Sequence record: SRR2962707_1538
DNA length: 34,580 nt
Strand: one strand, 5' to 3'
Below, piece by piece: positions 28,072-34,580 of the stretch. Both the position numbers and the translations under genes were made by a program. Below the pieces are notes generated by a model. That model was not told the DNA's origin, ran no database searches, and worked only from the letters and a program-made list of their open reading frames with translations. Each line of letters starts with the position of its first letter. The stretch's first letter is position 1.

Positions 28072-29160
28072 ATGGCCGATATCAAGGCACTTGATGCAGA
28101 AATCGAGAAAACCCGCTCCGTCGTCAACGATATGCGGTCGAAGATCGAGGCATCGGGTGTTGTGCTCGAGAAAATGTCCGAGGCTGACGCCCAGCTTGGC
28201 GACCCGCAGTTCGATATTGAAAATGCCCGTATCCAGGATGTGTTGCGCCAGCAGCGGATGATGGAAACCAATATTGCCGATCTGATTATTGGGCTTGAGG
28301 ATGCGACCAATGTTTTCGGCGCCGAGTTCGAAAGCATGAAAGGCTTTTCCGGAATGGAGAGCTTCATTGCGATTTTCTCCAAGGGCCGGGCGCAGCGCAT
28401 GCGTTCGGATCGCGTTCGCAACATGTCACTGTCGGGCAATCTTCAGGAGCTGTTGAAGAAGTCCGACACCATTACCGGCATTCTCAAAGACCAGAAGGAT
28501 ATCCTCGACAGCCGTTACAAGACGTCTGAGGCCAGCCTGATCAAGGTGATCGAGCGCCGCAAGGTCACCATGGCCAATCTCGAAGCCACGCAGCAGCGGA
28601 TCGAGGAACTCAATCCACTGCTGATGGATATCGAAAACCAGATCGCAGCCTCAACGGACCAGAAAACCCGCACCGACCTTGAAAGCGACCGTTCGAAGCT
28701 CGCCACCGAGTACAACCAGCGGCAGGCCAAGGAACAGGAACTGCTGGCCGAAAGCCAGACGCTGGAGCGCTATACCTCGATGTTCCAGACTTTCGTGGAC
28801 TCGCTCAACAACCAGATCGCGGCGCAGAACACGCTGATCAACAAGCTGACCATCGATACCGAGCAGCGCATCGTGCTTTACAAGGCGCTCGAGGATTCAT
28901 TGAAGACGGCTGCGCAGCAGGACGTCGCCCACAAGATCAATACGCTCGGCAGCCGGGTCGATACGGCGGCGGAAGAAACCATGGCCGGCATTGGTGCCGC
29001 AGCGCAGACCCATATTGGCGATCTTCTGGAAATGCATGAGAAGAACATGCTTTCGACCAAGGATATCCAGCGCCGCAAGCAGCTTGCCGACGATGCGTTT
29101 GCCAGACGCTTCTCGGAAGTTCTGGAAAAGCACAATTCAGCCAATTACGTGAAACCCTGA
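28072..29160 (+). CDS. Hypothetical long coiled-coil protein (possibly TelA-like), first gene of operon
   Basis: 362-aa ORF with strong codon bias; almost entirely helical and rich in E/K/Q/L. ATG 28072 follows AGGGGA. Confidence 0.85.
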   Translation: MADIKALDAEIEKTRSVVNDMRSKIEASGVVLEKMSEADAQLGDPQFDIENARIQDVLRQQRMMETNIADLIIGLEDATNVFGAEFESMKGFSGMESFIAIFSKGRAQRMRSDRVRNMSLSGNLQELLKKSDTITGILKDQKDILDSRYKTSEASLIKVIERRKVTMANLEATQQRIEELNPLLMDIENQIAASTDQKTRTDLESDRSKLATEYNQRQAKEQELLAESQTLERYTSMFQTFVDSLNNQIAAQNTLINKLTIDTEQRIVLYKALEDSLKTAAQQDVAHKINTLGSRVDTAAEETMAGIGAAAQTHIGDLLEMHEKNMLSTKDIQRRKQLADDAFARRFSEVLEKHNSANYVKP

Positions 29161-29188
29161 GCCGGTATGATGAAGGTGAGGGGTCGCC

Positions 29189-30334
29189 ATGCGCGCTGAC
29201 ACCGGTGCAGCCGGAGCCTATTTCAGGTCGATGCATGCGGCCTTGAAAGGCCTGCGTGTCTATCTGGCCGATGACAATTCGCCGCTCTACGCACATGGCC
29301 TGGTTGGCCAGGTGATCATCCCGTATGTCGATCGACTGGAAGCAACGTTTTCGGCCTGGGAAAACCGTGTCGGTTTTCTCGAACGCTTCCGCATCAGCCA
29401 GGCCGACAGCGGCTTTCCAACGTTTCAGAATGTGCTGACGCTGGAGAATGATCGGTCGACAGCCGAAGAACGGCTGGCGGCGATCCCGGACGTCGAGACG
29501 CTGAAAGCCGAAATGGCCGATTTCATCCTGCGCCACAAGGAATTTCCCGGCACGCTGCAGGAACAGATTGCCGAACGTCTCTATCTCGAAGACATCGGCA
29601 AGGACGCAGTCTTTGCGCCGTTCATCCTGCCCGAGACCATCCGTGTTTCGGTCAATCCGAAAAACGGACGGCCTTACTATGTGGTTCACTGGGGTGTGTT
29701 CGACGGCAGTCAGACGCTGCCGATGGTCTATATGGCGACGATCGAGGATTCGAGCGAGTCCATTGCCAAGATGCTGGTGACCAAGGACGGCAAGCTCAAT
29801 CCCGATGTCGATATCCCGCTGCCGGTGGGCGGGTTGCTCAATCCTGAATATGCCCGGGCCTTTGATGCCTCGGCTGAAAAACACGGCGCCTATTCGCTTT
29901 CGCCGGTGACCATCGCGCAAAACCTCGATGCCGATTTCGAGCATCTGCACCCCAAGCAATTGCGCCGTTTCGTGTTGGGGCCGTTTTATTCGGCGGGCGT
30001 CACCGAGAATTCAGACCGGATCTCGACCATCCTGTCCAAGGTGCGCAAGGACGAGAACGCATGGCTTCTGACATGGACCCTGCAGGAGGTGTTTTCCAAG
30101 ACCGAACGCCCGGCCAAGCGGGGGCTGTGGAGCTCGGAGCCGGCGCGCGACGAGTACCACATCGAAACCGATGATCTGGAAGCAACACGGCAGGGCGTCA
30201 GTGCTTATCAGAAACACGCGCTTGTTCCGCACGAAGCCTATCAGGCGCTTTATGCGTCAGGCGAAGCCGAGAGCATTTTCTCGGGCTTCACCGTGCATGT
30301 GATCTCCGGCAACCAGGTCATCAGCGAGGTATGA
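29189..30334 (+). CDS. Hypothetical cytoplasmic protein
   Basis: 381-aa ORF with GAGGGG RBS, in operon. No motif recognised. Confidence 0.82.
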   Translation: MRADTGAAGAYFRSMHAALKGLRVYLADDNSPLYAHGLVGQVIIPYVDRLEATFSAWENRVGFLERFRISQADSGFPTFQNVLTLENDRSTAEERLAAIPDVETLKAEMADFILRHKEFPGTLQEQIAERLYLEDIGKDAVFAPFILPETIRVSVNPKNGRPYYVVHWGVFDGSQTLPMVYMATIEDSSESIAKMLVTKDGKLNPDVDIPLPVGGLLNPEYARAFDASAEKHGAYSLSPVTIAQNLDADFEHLHPKQLRRFVLGPFYSAGVTENSDRISTILSKVRKDENAWLLTWTLQEVFSKTERPAKRGLWSSEPARDEYHIETDDLEATRQGVSAYQKHALVPHEAYQALYASGEAESIFSGFTVHVISGNQVISEV

Positions 30335-30338
30335 AATC

Positions 30339-32255
30339 ATGAGCCAGTCGACAGGCCTGACGACCATTTCCGAAGAAGATATCGCAAAGCACCAGGCGGT
30401 GGCGCAATCGATGGTGAGTCGCGTTGTGGTGATGGTTGCCCAGGATGGCGGGTCCACGACGCCGCTGGCGGGCACCAACAGGCGGTTCGTCTCCACCGTG
30501 TCGACCCGTGGCATGCGACGAACCCGCGAGATCGAACTGGGCAAGACCATCCAGTCGGTTCGCGCCAATGACCCGATGCTGTCGATCCAGCAGCACACGC
30601 TGCTCTACCGGACGCGCCGGGGCATCTCGGTGGCGCTGGCGGTTGCAGAGATGTTTGCCCAGCAGACCGATCTTGAAAGCCTGCAATCGCGTAACGCCGG
30701 AGCGCCGCTGCAAGGCGATGAGGCCGAGCGTTTCAAGCGTCTGCTGTCGGCTTCGGCCTATGTGGCGGCGTTCACGCTTGCTGCCTATATTCTGCAGACT
30801 GTCGATGGCGAAAGCGAACCGGCGAACGACACCGAAGAGCCGGATTTCCAGTTCGATACCCCTCAGGATGCGCTGAAATCGATTGTCGCCGCACTTGACG
30901 AGGCGATTTCCGGTGCGCCGGACGAGATCGCGATGACCTCACGGGCCCGCGCTCTGGCCCGGGTTGCAATCGAAGGCCTGATCAGCCGCCGCGCCCGGTT
31001 TGAGGCGCTGAGCGGTTTCGCGCAATCGCATCTGCGGCTGGAAAGCGACAATTTCACGCTCGACGGTTTCGATGTGGCGCCCGGTCAACGCCGCAAGCCG
31101 CTGGTGATGAGCTTCAAGAAGCCCAACGAGATTATCGGCAACCATCTGGCCAAGCATCAGGCGATGCGGCTGGCGCGGATGGTCATGGCCTATGATTTTG
31201 ACCGCCAGCTCAATCCGTTTGTCGAACTCGGCGGCTTCCTGTTCACCTTTATTGGCGACGGTGCACCCGGCACCGGCAAGACCATCCTGATCCAGATGCT
31301 GGCCGGGATGATCAATGATTATTGCCAGGTCGCGGGCTATCCGTTCCACTACGAGAATTTCGGCGTCGACCAGATTTCATCCTATCAGGGCAAGTCGGGC
31401 CAGAACTGCAAGGCCTTTGTCGACAATGTGCTCAACCCCCGCGCCATCGGCTTCGGCACCATCGACGACATTGATCAGGTTGCCGCCAAGCGCTCGGACG
31501 ACAGAGCCTCCGCAGGCCAGCAAGAAGTCACCGCCGTGCTGATGGAGAGCTTTGCCGGCGCTTCCACGGTGGTGCGGGGCAATTGCAGTTTCGGCATGTT
31601 CTCCAATTATCCGGAGAATGTCGATGATGCGCTCAGACAACGCGCCGGGGCGCGCTGGCTGGTTGACGGACCGCAATCGCTTGATGATTACATCGACATT
31701 TTCGCGCTGCTGGCTGGCAAGAATCACTCGATCTTGCTCGGCTCGCATGATCTGTTTGCCAGCCAGGAAATCAAGCAGGCGGTGGCACGCTCCTATGACG
31801 GGCATGATGAGCCACAGGAAGAGGGGCTTCTCTCTGTCTGGGAACGGTTTGAGAAAGACCACGGCAAGGTCAAGACAATCTCGGACATCGGCGCCTATCT
31901 GCACCAGATCAAGCTGGCCGAACCGCGCTTTACCGGGCGCGCGATCAAGAACATCACCGATGCAATCAAGATGCGGGCGATGGACATCGATCTTCCGGAC
32001 GAATGGTTCGAGATACCAGAAGCCTTCATGCACAAGCCCTATGATGACAAGGTCGCGATGATCTCTGAGCTGCGCAAGCCGTTCACCATCGAGATGGTGC
32101 TGCAGGAGATCAACCGCTACGCCGATTCCGAGTTCCGCTACACTGACCGCTCCGATGCGACAGCCGTGGATGACATCATCCGGCGTGAGCGGCAGCGTGA
32201 ACGGGCGATCCGCGAGATCGAGGCGATGAAACGCGACGGGCGCTGGCAACAATGA
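30339..32255 (+). CDS. AAA-family ATPase with ~250-aa N-terminal domain
   Basis: Walker A GAPGTGKT, pore-loop SSYQGKS, Walker B variant FGTIDDID, SRH-like SNYPENVDDALRQR and FTGRAIKNI. Confidence 0.88.
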   Translation: MSQSTGLTTISEEDIAKHQAVAQSMVSRVVVMVAQDGGSTTPLAGTNRRFVSTVSTRGMRRTREIELGKTIQSVRANDPMLSIQQHTLLYRTRRGISVALAVAEMFAQQTDLESLQSRNAGAPLQGDEAERFKRLLSASAYVAAFTLAAYILQTVDGESEPANDTEEPDFQFDTPQDALKSIVAALDEAISGAPDEIAMTSRARALARVAIEGLISRRARFEALSGFAQSHLRLESDNFTLDGFDVAPGQRRKPLVMSFKKPNEIIGNHLAKHQAMRLARMVMAYDFDRQLNPFVELGGFLFTFIGDGAPGTGKTILIQMLAGMINDYCQVAGYPFHYENFGVDQISSYQGKSGQNCKAFVDNVLNPRAIGFGTIDDIDQVAAKRSDDRASAGQQEVTAVLMESFAGASTVVRGNCSFGMFSNYPENVDDALRQRAGARWLVDGPQSLDDYIDIFALLAGKNHSILLGSHDLFASQEIKQAVARSYDGHDEPQEEGLLSVWERFEKDHGKVKTISDIGAYLHQIKLAEPRFTGRAIKNITDAIKMRAMDIDLPDEWFEIPEAFMHKPYDDKVAMISELRKPFTIEMVLQEINRYADSEFRYTDRSDATAVDDIIRRERQRERAIREIEAMKRDGRWQQ

Positions 32256-33553
32256 AGCGGCTGGTCGAAAACGAACTGATCTACGGCCGGCTGCTGCCGG
32301 TGGCGGAACCGCACCTGGTGGCGCGCTACAACAAGGCGCTCCGGGCGTTCGGGCTGCCGGAAACCAAACTCGACAGTTTCCAGATCGACATGACCGGTTT
32401 TTCTCCGGAAATCGCCGAGGAACTTGGCGATGTGCAGTATCTTGATCCCAATGGCGTCAATCGCCGCTTTGTCGTGCTGACGCCGGAGCAGGAGAACCTG
32501 CCGGTGGTTCACACGCAGTTTTCAAACACCGCCGGGCTGATGCACCAGTTCTTCGACGGCAATCGCCGGGCCGTCCATGCCGTGACGATCAAGGACGCAT
32601 TGTTTGGCGAGATCGAAGAGCCGATCGACGTGGTCACCGGAGTCGAGGACCTGCTGTCGATCAACGAGATCCGTTTCCGAGTGATGTCGGCGGAAAACAT
32701 GCTGGGCAAGGCCACCGAGCTTCGCGCTCTGGTTGACCGTCTCAAGTCGTCGAGAGACGGCTGGCGCGACGACGCCATGCTCAACCGGATGGTTGAACTG
32801 GCGCGCGAGACCGGAGATATCCGGCAAAACGCGCTCGTGCCTGACAAACTCGTGTTTCCTCACACTTCCTTCTGGGCCAATCATTTCGGCGGCGTGTTCA
32901 TCTTCCGGGATGATCGTACCACCACGGTAATCTGCGACAGCCACGCGCCGGGGTTCCGGCGATCGCGTCCGTGGGAAGTCAGCTATATCGACATAGGCGA
33001 TCACGCCCGGATCTTTGATTTTCTGACGAAGTCCGAACGGTTGCAATTGCCACGTGCGTCCTGGGTCGAGCCCTCGGGCTTCTTCGCTCACCGGGCGGAA
33101 ATGGCGGTGGACGATCTCATTCGCCGTGCTGATCCTTCCGTTGATCTTGCTGGAACCGACAGGATCTGGCTGCAGACCTGGATGCACCGAAATTCTGCGC
33201 TGATTGCCGAGGAGGGGACCTATCCCTTCCTGCAGGAGGCGATGCGCGAAGTGGCCACCACCGGACAGGTGAAGATGCGGGAGGTGCGGACAGACAGAAA
33301 ACTGATGTTGTGCCGTGCAAACCCCGGCCATCCGGACCAGTGGCTAATCAACCGGCTTCTGGCGCGACTGGCGCCGTTTGACTTTGTCAGCCGCTTCATC
33401 TTTGACAAACACGGTTTTTACGAAGCTTATGAAGGCTATTCCGATAGCTACCGCGCCCATGTCGTGGACGTTCTCGGGACGACCTATCTGAACAACAAGG
33501 CAGCGCTCAGGTCGCGGCTTTACGGACTGGAAGGATATCAAGACCATGTTTGA
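32252..33553 (+). CDS. DUF6638-like hypothetical protein
   Basis: 433-aa ORF with ATGA overlap on the ATPase. The N-terminus LVARYNKAL...FQIDMTGFSPEIAEELGD.YLDPNGVNRRF recalls DUF6638; family name is from memory. Confidence 0.7.
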   Translation: MKRLVENELIYGRLLPVAEPHLVARYNKALRAFGLPETKLDSFQIDMTGFSPEIAEELGDVQYLDPNGVNRRFVVLTPEQENLPVVHTQFSNTAGLMHQFFDGNRRAVHAVTIKDALFGEIEEPIDVVTGVEDLLSINEIRFRVMSAENMLGKATELRALVDRLKSSRDGWRDDAMLNRMVELARETGDIRQNALVPDKLVFPHTSFWANHFGGVFIFRDDRTTTVICDSHAPGFRRSRPWEVSYIDIGDHARIFDFLTKSERLQLPRASWVEPSGFFAHRAEMAVDDLIRRADPSVDLAGTDRIWLQTWMHRNSALIAEEGTYPFLQEAMREVATTGQVKMREVRTDRKLMLCRANPGHPDQWLINRLLARLAPFDFVSRFIFDKHGFYEAYEGYSDSYRAHVVDVLGTTYLNNKAALRSRLYGLEGYQDHV

Positions 33554-34580
33554 CCCGGTGATCGAGTTTTTCGAGCGGATTTTCAACGCCATCGGCCGCG
33601 GCATCGGGATGGTGATAGCTTTCCTGCTCTGGCCGTTTGTCACAGTGGCGGGCTGGTACCGGCGCCGGGGTTTCATGCTCAAGGCGATTGTTGGCGGCAT
33701 CCTTCTTATCTTCTTCGGTCTTTACGGCTATTTCTTCTGGCAGACCCAGGTCTGGACCGGGTTCGATCCTGACTATCCGAGCAAGCGCGAAGCCTTGGCA
33801 ACAACGCCGGGAACCAAGCAGGCTGACGGCACCTGCGCTCCTTCGGCGATGGTTTCGGCGACGTCGGATCTCATCGATTTCAACGTCAATCAGAATGCCT
33901 GGATCTCGTCGATGATCCTCTACAAATCCGGCCTGTTCGGGGTGGATTGGGATCATACGCCGTTCTTTGACAACAAGGCTGCATTCCAGCGCGGTGTGAA
34001 CCAGGCGATCCGCCGGACCACGGTCGAATTTGTTGACACGCTTGGGCGCGTGCGCGGCACCAGTCAGGTCGATGGTGATCTGCAGGATGCCCGCGGCGCC
34101 ATGCAGTTTGATGAATACACCTGGTATTTCGGCGTGAGCCCATTCGGTCCGAAGACCCCGACGCCGTCGTTCTACCGCTCGGCGATCGATGATCTGCAGG
34201 CCTTCAATGGCCGCCTTACCAAGTGCGAAGCGGTTTACGATGCGCGAACAGATAATCTGGTGCAATTCCTTGACCGGATTGCTTCGGACGTCGGCTCAAC
34301 TTCCGCGATCCTGCGGGACCGTTCAGAGAACTACAATTCGGGTTGGTTTGATACGCGTGCAGATGACCGGTTCTGGTTCTCCTACGGCCAGCTCTATGGC
34401 TATTACGGCATTCTGAAAGCCACCCGCGACGACTTTCGCGATGTGGTCGCGCAGCGCAATCTTGAGCAATTGTGGGATGATATGGACGTTCAGCTGGCGG
34501 CTGCGCTGAAGATTCAGCCATCCATCATTTCCAATGGCAACGAAAGCGGATGGATCATGCCGACGCATCTGGCGACGATG
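33546..34580 (+). CDS. DUF2333-like membrane-anchored periplasmic protein (runs off right edge)
   Basis: Not in the ORF track. Manual translation from ATG 33546 gives MFDPVIEFFERIFNAIGRGIG...RRRGFMLKAIVGGILLIFFGLYGYFFW (TM)...FFDNKAAFQRGVNQAIRR...RVRGTSQVDGDL...DDRFWFSYGQ...IMPTHLATM. The frame is open for 345 codons and overlaps the upstream gene by 8 nt. Confidence 0.8.
   Translation, partial: MFDPVIEFFERIFNAIGRGIGMVIAFLLWPFVTVAGWYRRRGFMLKAIVGGILLIFFGLYGYFFWQTQVWTGFDPDYPSKREALATTPGTKQADGTCAPSAMVSATSDLIDFNVNQNAWISSMILYKSGLFGVDWDHTPFFDNKAAFQRGVNQAIRRTTVEFVDTLGRVRGTSQVDGDLQDARGAMQFDEYTWYFGVSPFGPKTPTPSFYRSAIDDLQAFNGRLTKCEAVYDARTDNLVQFLDRIASDVGSTSAILRDRSENYNSGWFDTRADDRFWFSYGQLYGYYGILKATRDDFRDVVAQRNLEQLWDDMDVQLAAALKIQPSIISNGNESGWIMPTHLATM

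Noticed and set aside
28937-29959. 340-aa minus-strand ORF, and similar long antisense ORFs (31377-32252, 32522-33331, 33507-34265, 11809-12699, 22633-23496)
   Set aside because: These are shadow ORFs opposite well-supported genes, expected in GC-rich codon-biased DNA. They have no motifs.
30339-33553. AAA operon as a known anti-phage system or a MoxR/VWA chaperone
   Set aside because: No nuclease, TIR, SIR2 or VWA (DxSxS) motif was recognised, and the ATPase motifs are classical-clade rather than MoxR or ABC-type. A defence role is not excluded but is unsupported.
1-34580. CRISPR arrays, IS elements, prophage, tRNA/rRNA
   Set aside because: No repeat-spacer periodicity, transposase, integrase, phage ORFs or structural RNA signatures were seen by eye.

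Overview
This 34.6 kb window is GC-rich alphaproteobacterial chromosome, Rhizobiales-like by gene content; the genus cannot be established from the sequence. No rRNA, tRNA, CRISPR array, transposase or integrase was seen. The left part holds a reductive pyrimidine-catabolism locus: partial mmsA, a beta-alanine/omega-amino acid aminotransferase, a RutR-type TetR regulator and preT-preA. About 5.4 kb of accessory genes split this locus (SDR, arsC-arsH, a redoxin/AraC pair, a permuted NlpC/P60 protein and a DUF2799 lipoprotein), and shared RutR-like boxes tie its halves together. The middle holds an alpha/beta hydrolase, a secreted CBM4-Ig-GH9 cellulase, a CsgA-like SDR, a nucleoside hydrolase and an orphan terminator that may end an sRNA. 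It continues with a CtrA-box-preceded periplasmic Cache-like protein plus CHASE3 chemoreceptor, copZ-copA downstream of a two-Cys ArsR (NolR/BigR-like), a HugZ-like protein, an HSD10-type SDR, choXWV, tdk and a cytochrome c. The right end holds the best candidate for an uncharacterised system. It is a tightly coupled operon of at least five genes: a long coiled-coil protein, an unknown protein, a classical-clade AAA ATPase with a variant Walker B (DD), a DUF6638-like protein and a membrane-anchored DUF2333-like protein that runs off the window. Family names come from motif recognition, not database searches.
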